Assembly (NCBI RefSeq): GCF_006345805.1
Contig: NC_043003.1
Location: 62,868,001 to 62,932,000, forward strand
DNA: 64,000 bases
Direction of reading: 5' to 3'
Source: Octopus sinensis
Taxonomy: Eukaryota
Both the position numbers and the translations under genes were made by a program. Positions 12,791 to 25,065 of this stretch are shown here, piece by piece. Under the pieces are notes generated by a model. It did no database searches, was not told the DNA's origin, and saw only the letters and a program-made list of their open reading frames with translations. Within the stretch, counting starts at the first letter, position 1; each line of letters starts with the position of its first letter.

Positions 12791-13918
12791 TTAGACACCA
12801 CTACTAGTGAAACCAGAACAATTCCTCTAAACTAGTGTGTAGAATAATGAGCAATTGTTGAAAAATAACATCGAGGTAGACAGCAGTGTCCAAATGCTTA
12901 TAGACATATATTTAACAATGAAATACTTTAGTTATATGAAAAGAAATAGGGCTGATAGGAAAGATATGTTAAGAAATGTTTCAACTGATGCTAATGTCTC
13001 CAACAAATAATCTAAATATGATGGAAGCTATATTGTTAATGATGAGAGAGAATAATATTGCAATGGGTGTTGATGATTCAAGCACAACTAACAAGAGATA
13101 ACTGCATTAATTTGTAATTTTCTTTCATTTGTTTCTTTGAATAACAAAATTGTGGCATTTATGAGAGAGTAAATAAGGCCATTAAGACAATTTCCTTTTC
13201 CTGTGACAATCTTCTCTATGCTTTTGTTAATACCATGAGCTCTATTGTTAATCGGAGTTAACACTCCACTCATTTTCAGGCCATTTCTACAAGATAGCTT
13301 CTACAAGTTCACTTAACTTGCTAAAAATAAGAGCAAAATTTCTCTTAAATCACACTCTACTACTTTAATGATCACATCTGACTATATAGATACAGTGGAC
13401 AAAAAATAAATAATAATAAAAACAATGGGCTTAAATGGAAAGCTTTAAATCATGAGGCTGCTTGTTCAGAACCAATTTGAGACTAACCAATAAAAACAGT
13501 CATGACAGCTGTTTCGATAGCAAAAAAAAAAAAGGACATCTATAAGACTTGATAACTAATGTACAAAATAGTATGGTTTATATAATTTGAGTTTAGCTCA
13601 GTTTCTCTGGATGGAAAGAGGATTTAAAAGATTCACTAAAGATCTCAACCTCTTCTATAGATTAACAAAAAGAGCCTTGCACCAAACTATTTAAAATCAA
13701 TATTCCAATAGATATGGCTAATAGGCATAGATATAGCTGTGTGATGAACAGGCTTGCTTTGCAACCCGGTGGTTTTAGGTTCAGTCTCACTGCATAGCAC
13801 CTTGGGAAAGGGACTTCTATTATAGCCCTGGGCCAACCACTACCTTCTGAGTGGACTTGAAAGATGGAGGCTGTGAGAAAGTTCATCGTGTGTGAGTGCA
13901 TATGTGTGTGTGTGTGTG

Positions 13919-13985
<67 letters not shown>

Positions 13986-14349
13986 AGAGTAAGCACATAA
14001 ATGTGAAACGAGGTTGGAGAAAATAGTACTTGAATACCGGAGGTAGAGTACTATGCTTTATTATTAAAGCTACAAAAATTTGCTACTCAAAGTTTCCCAT
14101 TCTTTGGGCAGTTTTGATTGATTCTCAATCAAAATTGTCCGACAAACAGGAACATAAATCTCTGAGTAGCAGTTTTTTGTGATATCTTTGCAACTTTAAT
14201 TGTAAAGTGTGTGTATATATATATATATATATTGGCCTGGTACAGCCTTCGGGCTTGCCAGACCCCAGTTGAACCGTCCAACCCATGCCAGCATGAAAAG
14301 CGGACGTAAACGATGATGATAATGATGATATATTCTCTTTCTCTCTCTC

Positions 14350-14682
14350 TTTTACTTGTTTCAGTCATTTGACTGTGGCCATGCTGGAGCACCGCCTTTA
14401 GTCGCACAAATCGACCCCAGGACTTATTCTATCGGTCTCTTTTTCCAGACCGCTAAGTTACGAGAATGTAAACACACCAGCATCAGTTGTCAAGCGATAT
14501 TGGGGGGACAAACACACATATATACGACGGGCTTCTTTCAGTTTCCGTCTACCAAATCCACTCACAAGGCTTTGGTCGGTCCAAGGCTATAGTAGAAGAC
14601 ACTTGCCCAAGATGCCATGCAGTGGGAATGAACCCAGAACCATGTGGTTCGTAAGCAAGCTACTTACCACACAGCCACTCCT
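14350..14682 (-). mobile_element. tRNA-derived SINE family A (CORE-like CCTTGGGCAAG segment, GACTGAAACAAG tail)
   Basis: A box TGGCTGTGTGG, B box GGTTCA(G/T)TCC and an internal TA microsatellite. Other copies at about 7871-8035, 13724-13890, 17650-18460 (interrupted), 18962-19320, 20190-20590, 21085-21550, 21969-22355, 23105-23790, 28011-28352, 29181-29540, 36720-37020, 52580-52730, 53517-53810 and 63787-64000. Confidence 0.88.
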
Positions 14683-15088
14683 ATATATATATACCTTTCC
14701 AAAACTGACCCCTACCCGCTGTACTTGTACCATGTAAGAAGCACTCAGTCTACTCTGCTGGGTGGTGTTAGAAAGGACATCCAACTGTGAAAACCCTGCC
14801 AAAAGAGACACAGAAGTCTGGTGCAGTCATCTGTCTGGCCAGCTCCTATCAACCATCCTGCCCATTCCAACATGGAAGGTGGACATTAAACAATGATGAT
14901 GATATATAAATTGTTCAACTAAACTCTTCAATGGGCAGCCACAGTACTCACTTTGCAACCATGCTTCAGGGTCATGCATGGCACCTGAGGCAAGTGTCTT
15001 CTAGAATACCCCAGGGCTGACCAATACCTTGTGAGTGGATTTGGTTGATAGAAAGTGTGTGGAAATCCATTGTGTGTGCGTGCACATG

Positions 15089-15120
<32 letters not shown>

Positions 15121-17811
15121 CATATATACACACACACATGTATATATCATTATTCTCATTTAACATTTTCTTTCCTTACTGGACTGGCATGGGTCGAATA
15201 GTTTCATGGGAGCTGGCAAGTCAGAAAACTGTGCCAAGTTCTGCTGTTTTGGCATGGTTTCTACAGCTGAATGCCCTTCCTAACATTAACCACTTTACAG
15301 AGTGTACTAGGTACCTTTTGTGTGGTACCAGCACCAGTGTGGTCACTAAGTAACACCTGCAAGACAAGACACTCTACCTCCCCTAAGGTGGGTTTAGTAT
15401 TGAGGGAGGTGGATTTGTGCCAGGTGATGAGATTAGAGCATGAACAGAGGGACAAAAATAGGTGTCCTACAGTAGAGAAGGTATATGCCTACACGCACTC
15501 ACATATAGATAGACAGACAGACAGAGATATGTATGTGTCCCACTTCATTTGACAATCAGTGTTGGTATGTTTCAGTGGTTTGGCAATATAGAAACCGATA
15601 TACCAAGTATCAGACGTAGATAAATTGACCTGACTACTTTTTCTTTTTAACTAAAAATCCCTTTCAAGGCAGTGCCCCAGCGACTGAAACAAGCAAAAGA
15701 TATATTGTGAGGAATACCTTAATAAACTGATAAAATTCTCTGCAAATAGTTCACAAAAGTCTGTGAAACATATTGCCACAGACTATGAACTAGATTCTCT
15801 CTTGGCAAGTTAGAGAATAGTTTGGTTGTTACATTATCCCCATTTCTTCTCCATGACAAATCACAGGCTTTCATGTAAATGCTAGCAGCAATTATTTAGC
15901 TAGCATTAGTTTTTTCGAGGGGTGTTATATAAAGACAAGATTAATGCTGGTTGTCAGTTACTTTTGTAGGGTGCCACTTAAAATGTTCCAATTTATCATG
16001 TTTTCATATAATTACTTTATCTGCCACCGCATTCTAAGACTAAGGACAACTGTTAACATGTGCAACTGTTCCATTTAGACTAAATAGGCAAGAATTTATT
16101 TGGAAAAATAAATAAATCAATCGTGAAGAATAATGACTGAAGAACACTTTCCACCAAAGGAAAAAAAGACAGTCAAGTTAGTGTTAAGAGACTTAAGGTG
16201 GCCATCATCCATGTTCTATGCTGGTATCAGTTAGGTGGTTTAACAGGGTTTGATGGACCCAGAGACTGCATCATATTCCAGTGTTTGCTTTAACATGGTT
16301 TCCGTGACTGGATGTTCTTCCAAATGCCAACTACTTTACAGTATGGACAGAGTGACTTTGCTTTTGTGTGACACCAGCCCTATTGAGGTTACTATACAGC
16401 ATGCATAACTACACACTATAAGGGGACAGCTTTACACTTGGAGATCAGGGGGGTAAAATTATAGGAGAAAGGACTAGAACAGAATTACTTTCTTGCCGAA
16501 GAGGAACCACATGACAGTGACCATAAAAAAATATATTAAATTAGTAAACCTTAAATGATGAGGAAAAGATATTAACTCTGTAAAGTGTTTGGTTTTAGGA
16601 AAGGCAACTTAGCCATGGAAACCATGCCATATCAGACTGGAGTCTGGGACATCTCTCCAGCTCTGGTCAGACTGTCCAATCCATGCCAGCATGGACAACG
16701 GATGTTCAAAGATGACGATGTCTGAATCCAGATATAATAGACTATCAAATCAGTTTCAATATATGCAGTTCCAACACGCTACACTTTCTTTACAAGTCAT
16801 AATGTTCAAATGTGACTTTCAAAACCTGCCAACGATTTGCAAAGAAACCCAGATGTTGCTAGTGTGAGGATTATGAATCAGTGCAGGTGGTATATTTGTA
16901 GCTGCTTTTCTCCATTGCCTTACACCCCAAAGCTTGTGAATATTGGTTGAAAAATTCCAAAAACATCACAATAAAAACAAAAAGAAATTAATTTTCTGTT
17001 TTTCTTTTTCTTTCTTTTTTTCTTTTAAAGTGAAAGAAAAACAAAAAAATTTAAGAATACATCTATTGTGGAGTGGGAGGGAGGGGAGATGAAGGTTGGC
17101 TAAAAAGGTAAAACCCACCCCCACTGCAATGATTGTGATTTTTTTTTAAAGAGGGGTGGTGGTCGTTTTACATTGTCTCTGATTTCTTTTTCACGGCACA
17201 CAACCACAAGGAACAGCCGGATGTTGTAGAAAAACCATTTCACTCCAGTTCAGTGAAATAACATTATTATTATTATTATTATTGTTTGCCATGGAACTAT
17301 GTACAGATGTCAATATGACTTGAAGAGTGGGGGGGGGAAGTGGAACTCTCTAGTAACAATGAAAGGAAAAAGGGGGTGGGTTGCAATTTGCAGAGATAAG
17401 CAGCAAATTGATAGTAAAAAAAAAAGGGTCTTCTTTGGAGTGGATTTCATTCTCTTGTACCGTTTTGACACAACAATCTCCATTCTGTTTACTCAAAGGT
17501 TTTGTGAGCTGTGCTAAAACACATACACAAGTCTGGTGCAGTCATCTACCTGGCCAGCTCCTGGCAAGCCAGCCAACCCATGCCAGCATGGAAGGCAGAT
17601 GTTAAACAATGATGATGATTTTATATATATATATATATATATACATATATAGGTGAAGGAGTGGCTGTATGGTAAGTAGCTTGCTAACAAACCACATGGT
17701 TCAGTCCCACTGTGTGGCACCTTAGGCAAGTGTCTTCTACTATAGCCTCGGGTCGACCAAAGCCTTGTGAGTGGATTTGGTAGACGGAAACTGAAAGAAG
17801 CCCATCGTATA

Positions 17812-17842
<31 letters not shown>

Positions 17843-18074
17843 GTTTAAGTAGTTGAATGAATTATCCTAGTATGGATAATTCGGTTAACCGATACCCGGG
17901 TAGCAAATTTACGTCAGAAAGCACGGTTGAAGCTACATGCTGAGGGCAGAAATCATGTGCTTTCGTGTGGAAATTTGTGTGTTTTTTTACTATAGATAAA
18001 TGAAAGAATGGAGTCGACTTTTAGAGTCATCTAAAAGTTTTTGTTCGTCATGATGCTGACATAAGTTCCTTGTC

Positions 18075-18155
18075 TTTCCTGATGAGAAGACGGCATAATG
18101 CACCCTTTATTCCTTCGGAATTAAGAATATGCAGTCTTCGACACATATGTCGAGA
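18075..18155 (+). ncRNA. Type I hammerhead ribozyme-like motif, GAAA box mutated to GACA
   Basis: TTTC-CTGATGA-GAAGACgGCATA..TATGCaGTCTTC-GACA-CATATG-TC-GAGA. Confidence 0.65.
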
Positions 18156-19340
18156 ATAAAGGAATTTTGTTAAATCGTCGTTCGACTCCATTTTTTCATT
18201 TATCTATATATATATATATATGTGAGTGTGTGTGTGTGTATATGTTTGTGTGTCTGTGTTTGTCCTCCCCCAACATCGCTTGACAACTGATGCTGGTGTG
18301 TTTACGTCCCTGTAACTTAGCAGTTCAGCAAAAGAGACCGATAGAAATAAGTACTAGGCTTCCAAAGAATAAGTCTTAGGGTCGATTTGCTTGATTAAAG
18401 GTGGTGCTCCAGCATGGCTACAGTCAAATGACTGAAACAAGTAAAAGAGAGTAAAGAGTATATATACATACACACAGTATGGGGGTTTAGTTCACAGGTG
18501 ATCTAAATGATTAGGTACACTAGGTAAGTGCTAGAACAGATTACTAGGGCTCCAAGGTTATAGCCAAAACAGTAGTTATGGAGCCAAACATATATATATA
18601 TATGAAATTACTTGTCCTCTATGTTGAAAGACACCTCTTGTTATTCTTGTTTTTATCTGTAATCGTGTAATATTTTCTCTATTTTCTTTTGTCCGTGTTG
18701 TCACACATATTTTCCCGCTTTCTTCCAAATATTTAACGTCCTGAGCTTAGATTTTTCAGGCCTACCAATTTTGAACAGTCTCAAGTGTTACGGGCCAAAA
18801 CTGTAGTGATAATTGGAAGCTTGACTGATGAATAGAAAGCCAAGAATGTTCTGTCCTGGTTTTCCTGTCCATCTGTCCGTATGTTTTCATTATCGTCTGT
18901 TACGTTCTTGTTCTGTTTTTTTTATTTGTATATACATATATATACACACACACACACATACAGAGGAATGGCTGTATGGTAAGAAGCTTGCTTCCCAACC
19001 ACATGGTTCCAGGTTCAGTACCACCAAGTGGCACCTTGGGCAAGTGTCTTTTACTATAGCCTCAGACCAACCAAAGCTATGTGGAAACTGAAAAAAGCTT
19101 GTCATATATATGTTTGTATGTATGTTTGCGTGTGTCTGTGTTTGTCCTCTCACCATCGCTTGACACCAATGTTGGTGTGTTTACGTCCCCCATGACTTAA
19201 CAGTTCGGCAAAATAGACCGATAGAATAAGTACTAGGCTTACAAAGAAGTCCTGAGGTCAATTTGTTTGACTAGAGGCGGTGCCCCAGCATGGCCACAGT
19301 TAAATGACTGAAACAATGAAAATATATATATATATATATA

Positions 19341-20080
19341 TAGGGCATTGCTACACATAAATGCCTCACGCTATAAGGGACTCTTAAAGTCAAAACTACC
19401 ATAAAAAAATACACTATATTCTTGAAGAGAGCTCTTAAAAACAGATTCAGCCTTGGCATTTATGTGTGGTAATGCCCTTAATATATTTAAAGGGAATAAT
19501 TATTAATTTTTCTCTTATGAGGTTTTTCACATTGACTACTTGATAAATTCTTATAAAGACTTTATCCTATTTTAAAATTTTAAATTTAACCAGAATATAT
19601 TCAATGCTGATTTATTCTGAATATACACATGTGTACTGAGATGCAATTCCAAAGGCCCGCCTCTTACATAGATATATAAGAGTGAACAACTCTCTATATA
19701 CTATGCTGGATACATTTGGTGTTCGTCTGGCATGTGGATTTATTTGTTCATTTTTATGTGTCTTGATTAAGCCTGCACTGACGATTAGAAAGTGTATTTT
19801 GTACACTAATTATGAAATCATATGATTTGCAGCTGAATCTATTTTTAAGAGCTCGCTTCAAGAGTTGCATTCCCTCGCATTTGGTACACTATATTTATTA
19901 TGGTAGTTTTGACATTAAGAGTTCCTCATAGCGTGAGGCATTTATGTATAGTAATGCCTTTAATATATATATATATATATATATTTAAAGGGAATAATTA
20001 TGAATTTTTCCCTTATGAGGTTTTTCACGCTAACTACTTGATAAATTCTTATAAAGATTTTATCCTATTTTAAAATTTTA
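19341..20080. mobile_element. Non-autonomous Penelope-like/retrozyme element with inverted and direct terminal repeats
   Basis: 19341-19451 is inverted relative to 19832-19962; 19455-19582 is repeated directly at 19937-20080; internal hammerhead; flanked by (TA)n. Confidence 0.65.
19773..19832 (+). ncRNA. Type I hammerhead ribozyme motif with intact core
   Basis: Stem I CTGCA/TGCAG, CTGACGA, stem II with AGTGTA/TACACT, GAAA, palindromic stem III TCATATGA, cleavage triplet ATT. Confidence 0.75.
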
Positions 20081-20621
20081 TATATATATATATATATATA
20101 TAGTTTTTAGGTTTGAGTAACTTTTAGATATGCCTGGGAAACTACCTCAGCTAGTCTAAGTCAAATAAAACTAGAGAAATGTAAGATGTGTGTCTGTGTG
20201 GTAAGTAGCTTGCTTACCAGCCACATGGTTCTGGGTTCATTCCCACTGCATGGCACCTTGGGCAAGTGTCTTCTGCTATAGCCTCAGGCCAACCAAAGCC
20301 TTGTGAGCGGATTTGGTTGACGGAAACTGAAAGAAGCCCATTGTGTATATGTATATATGTATGTATGCGTATATGTTTGTGTATCTGTATTTGTCTCCCC
20401 AACATTGCTTGACAACCGATGGTAGTGTGTTTAGTTTACGTCCCCTTAACTTAGCAGTTCGGCAAAAGAGACCGATAGAATAAGTACTAAGCTTCCAAAG
20501 AATAAGTCCTGGGGTCGATTTGCTCAACTAAAGGTGGTGCTCCAGCATGGCCGCAGTCAAATGACTGAAACAAGTAAGAGAATAAAGAGTATGCATGTAC
20601 ACATATGTATATGTACGCTCA

Positions 20622-20667
<46 letters not shown>

Positions 20668-21203
20668 TAAATACGCATATAAATATAGACACACATATAT
20701 GTTATGCATAGATATATACAAGTTTGTATAAATCTGAAGATTTCAAATGATCATCGTTTCCACCTGCTGTTTCCGTGCAGGCATGAATTGAACAGGTTTG
20801 TCATAAAACAGCATCATTCCAGTCTCTAGTCACCACATCCATTATTTACCAATATGGTACTGCATCAGTATCTCTGTCTATATTCTAACCAAAACAGTAA
20901 ATGTCTGCTTGGTATTTTCCAGTCAGTTTCTACAGATAACAGGTTTTAATTTTTTTCTTATTCCGATAGACATAACTATTTAATTCTGCTAACCCACTGT
21001 GTACAACTTTTGATACAGATTTTTTTCTTTTTAAACAACCATATAATTGGTAATATTTCACTATAAAAGAAAAATACAAATGCTAAGCATGGTTATGCAA
21101 TTAAGAAGCTCAATTTGCAACAACGCAGTTTTGAGTTCAGTCCCACATCACAGCACCTTGGCAAGAGTTTTCTAATATAACCCTGGGTTGATCAAAGCCT
21201 TGA

Positions 21204-21529
21204 GTGAATTTAGTAGATGGAAGTTATGCAGAAACCTGTAATATGTGTGTGTGTTTGTGTCTATCTCTGCTCCCAATTCCATGCTTGACAACTGGTGTTG
21301 GTTTGTGTCCCCAAAAGGAACCCATAGAATAAGATTTAAAACATAAATTTTGGAGTTGATCTGTTCGTGAATTTAGTAGATGGAAGTTATGCAGAAACCT
21401 GTAATATGTGTGTGTGTCTGTGTCTATCTCTGCTCCCAATTCCATGCTTGACAACTGGTGTTGGTTTGCGTCCCCAAAAGGAACCCATAGAATAAGATTT
21501 AAAACACAAATTTTGGAGTTGATCAGTTC
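21204..21529 (+). repeat. 163-bp near-identical tandem duplication inside a SINE copy
   Basis: GTGAATTTAGTAGATGGAAGTTATGCAG...TTTTGGAGTTGATC starts at both 21204 and 21367. Confidence 0.92.
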
Positions 21530-23275
21530 AACTCAAACCCCTCAAGGCTGATTTAAAAAAAAAAAACAAATAAACATGCAGTCCTTGTTTCAAGGCAGAT
21601 GAGCTTCCTGTTAAGTTCTAGCAATGTTTGGAACTCATTTACAAAAAGTTCATTACTTAAAATTAATTGCAATATTTTTATTGAATATTTTAAAAAGAAA
21701 TTTTGCATGAAAGGAATAAAAACAGTCTTAGGCTGGTTTGATTTTAAAAGAGTCCGCAAAGAACTGAATATTACAAAACATTTTCATAATGAAGTTTATG
21801 TCCCAATCTCATGGCGTTCAGTTTCCAGGGTTAATAAAATAAGTAGCAATTCAGCTCTGGGGTATAAAGGGTTCGGGAATTTATCTAAATTATAGAATCT
21901 AGAGTCAATATTAGAAACGGTATACAAGACAATGAGCTGGCAGAATTGTTAGCATGTTGGGCAATCCAGGCGCAGGAGTGACTGTGTGGTAAGAAGCTTG
22001 CTTCCCAGCCACATGGTTCCAGGTTCAGTCCTACTGCATGGCACCTTGAGTGTCTTCTACTATAGCCTTGTAAGTGGATTTGGTAGAAGGAAACTGAAAG
22101 AAGCCCATCGTATATATATATATATAATATATATATATGTGTGTGTGTGTGTGCATGTGTATTTGTGTTTGCCCCTACACCATCACTTGACAACTGATGT
22201 TGGTGTGTTTACATCCCCATAGCTTAGCAGTTTAGTAATAGAGACTGATAATTACTAGGCTTACAAAGAATAAGTCCTGGAGTCAATTTGTTCAACTAAA
22301 GGCAGTGCTACAGCATGGCAACAGTCAAATGACTGAAGCAAGCTAAAAAAGAAAAAAAGGAACTGCTAAATATCATTTTGTCCATCTCTATGGTCTGAGT
22401 TCAAATCCCACAGAGATCAACTTTGCTTTCCATCCTTTTGGAGAAGTAATCGATTTTACTTCACCCCTGAAATTGCTGGCCTAGTGCCAAAATTTGAAAC
22501 CAGTTATTAGAAATGGTATAATCCTTATTTGAAACTTATTCTCAGTTATATATTTAGTAATACAATCTCAGTAATTACTTAATCCTTTCACTGCCTATAG
22601 CCTCATAATCCAAAACTGCCTACTTTAAGTATTGATGCTTAAATAAGAACCTTCTAGTGGGATTTTTTGTGAGAATTTTAAATTATCTCCCAATTGCAAT
22701 TAAGACCTTTATTATATATGTATGTGTGTGTCACGTAAAAAGCACCATCCGATCGTGGCTGTTTGCCAGCCTCACCTGGCCTCCGTGCCGGTGGCATGTA
22801 AAAAGCACCATCTGATCGTAGCCGTTTGCCAGCCTCGTCTGGCATGTAAAAAGCACCCACTACACTCATGGAGTGGTTGGCGTTAGGAAGGGCATCCAGC
22901 CCTAGAAACACTGCCAGATCAGACTGGATCTGGTGCAGCCTACTAGCTTCCCAGACCCCAGTTGAACCATCCAACCCATGCCAGCATGGAAAGCGGCCAC
23001 TAAACGATGATGATGTGTGTATGTATATATATATATATATATAGGTAAGAATCATCAACATTCAACATCTACTTTTACATGCCTGCATGGGTCAGATGTA
23101 TATGTGTAGTAGCAGACTGAAGCTCACCTTGCAACTTATAAGGTTCTATGTACAGTCCCACTGTGTGGAACCATGAGCAAATGTCTTCTGCTGTAGCCTC
23201 AGGCTAACCAAAGCCATGAGTGGATTTGATAGACAGAAACTGAAAAGAAGACCGTCGTGTGTGTGTGTCTGTCTG

Positions 23276-23334
<59 letters not shown>

Positions 23335-23394
23335 ATATAAAGTTAATCCAAATATGAAAACACGACGACGTGGAACAAGTATACACACACACAT

Positions 23395-23591
23395 ACAGGC
23401 CCAAAAGTAAGTTAGCAGTTATTCATATCTTTTGCATTCATATATTAAGTTTAGATTTTAATTATAAAAAAACATGAAACCATTATTCTATGCTAATTTA
23501 GTTAATTGTAAGAAATTTAAATGTAATGAAGTGTTTTAGAAGAAATTTAGTGCCTACATGATAACTGTAAACCTACTTTTGAGCCACCCTC
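23395..23591. mobile_element. Mariner-type MITE
   Basis: Imperfect TIRs GGCCCAAAAGTAAGTTAGCAGTTAT / ATAACTGTAAACCTACTTTTGAGCC; TA flanks. Confidence 0.7.
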
Positions 23592-24412
23592 TATATGTGT
23601 GTGTGTGTTTGTACCCATCAACATCACTTGACAACTAATGTTGGTGTTTACATCCCCATAACTCAGTGGTTTGGCAAAAAGAGACTGATAGAATAAGTAC
23701 TAAGCTTACAAAAAGTAAGTTCTGGGATCGAAATGTTCGACTAAAAGTGGTGCTCCAGCATGGCCAGTCAAATGACTGAAACAAGAATATATATATATAT
23801 AGGGGTGGGTGAGGATGTACATATCTTTGTATCTTTGCTTGTCCCCACCACCATCACTATACAAATGGTGATTTTCTTACGTCCCCCCATAATTTATCAG
23901 TTTGGCCAAACTGATTATTAAAATATTAAAAAAAATTTTTTAAATAAGAATTTGGTGGATTCATTCAACTAAAAAGTCTTCAAAGAAGTGCTCCAGCATG
24001 ACCAGTCCAATGAGTGAAACAAGTAAAAGGTGTGTGTGTGTATATATATCACACAAACATATATGTATACCACATAAGTTTATTTTTCATTCAATTTACA
24101 TCCATTTAGCATTAGCTGAGACAAATATAGTATTGAGGTGGCATTGTTTTACAACTTGATATCATGGAACAAACTACCTGCATAAGCTGTTAGTTGCTGA
24201 GACACTGCATCCTTTAAAACCTCCATGCTTCCTGAAATTTGCCAACACTACACCCTGATATCCCCCTCACCCGCCTTCATACGCATGCACACATGTATAT
24301 TGTGATTCATAAACTGTTCCCTTTCCTGACTTTTGTACATAATTCTATGTACTATACTTGTAGCACACCTGAGCACTATACACAATATTTTCATTATTAT
24401 TATTATTATTTC

Positions 24413-25065
24413 TAAGGTGGCAAGCTGGCAGAATTGTTAGCATGCCAGGTGTCGAGTTTAAATTCCGCTGAGGTCGACTCTGCCTGCCATTCTTTCCGGG
24501 TCGATAAATTAAGTACCAGTTGCATACTGGGTATCAATCTAATCGACTTGCCCCCTCCCCCAAAATTTTGGGCCTTGTGCCTAGAGTAGAAAAGATTATT
24601 ATTGCTATTATTCCTAAGGTGGCAAGCTGACAGAATCATTAGCATGCTGGGCGAAATGCTTAGTATTTCATCTGCCGCTACATTCTGAGTTCAAATTCCA
24701 CTGAGGTTGACTTTGCCATTCATCCTTTCTGGGTCAATAAATTAACCCTCTCGTTACTGTATTTATTTTGAGATGCTCTGTGTTTCTTTCAATTACCTTA
24801 AATTATAACAAAGAATTCAGTAAAATAACTTAGTTATCATTCAGATAGTGTTAGGAACATAAATTGTGACTAAGGTTTAGTGGAAGATTTCAGTTCAAAA
24901 CTTGTGAAAACAAGACATTTGTACTACAGAGCCAGAGCCGGTTTCAGCTGGATTGGTAACGAAAGGGTTAAGTACCAGTTGTGTACTGGGGTCGATGTAA
25001 TTGACTCATCCATCCCCTCCTCCAAAACTGCTGCCCTGGTGGCAAAATTTTAAAACATTATTATT
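24413..25065 (+). mobile_element. Two tandem tRNA-derived SINEs with a MetaSINE-like central domain
   Basis: GAGTTCAAATTCC B box, GCC(T/A)TTCATCCTTTC.GGGTCGATAAATTAAGTACCAG core and (ATT)n tail; related copies at about 4845-4990, 21930-22510 (split by a SINE A) and 48095-48305 (minus). Confidence 0.75.
24746..24967. mobile_element. piggyBac-type MITE (222 bp) nested in a SINE
   Basis: TIRs CCCTCTCGTTAC / GTAACGAAAGGG, TTAA TSD at 24742-24745 and 24968-24971; removing it restores the SINE core ATAAATTAAGTACCAG. Confidence 0.9.
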
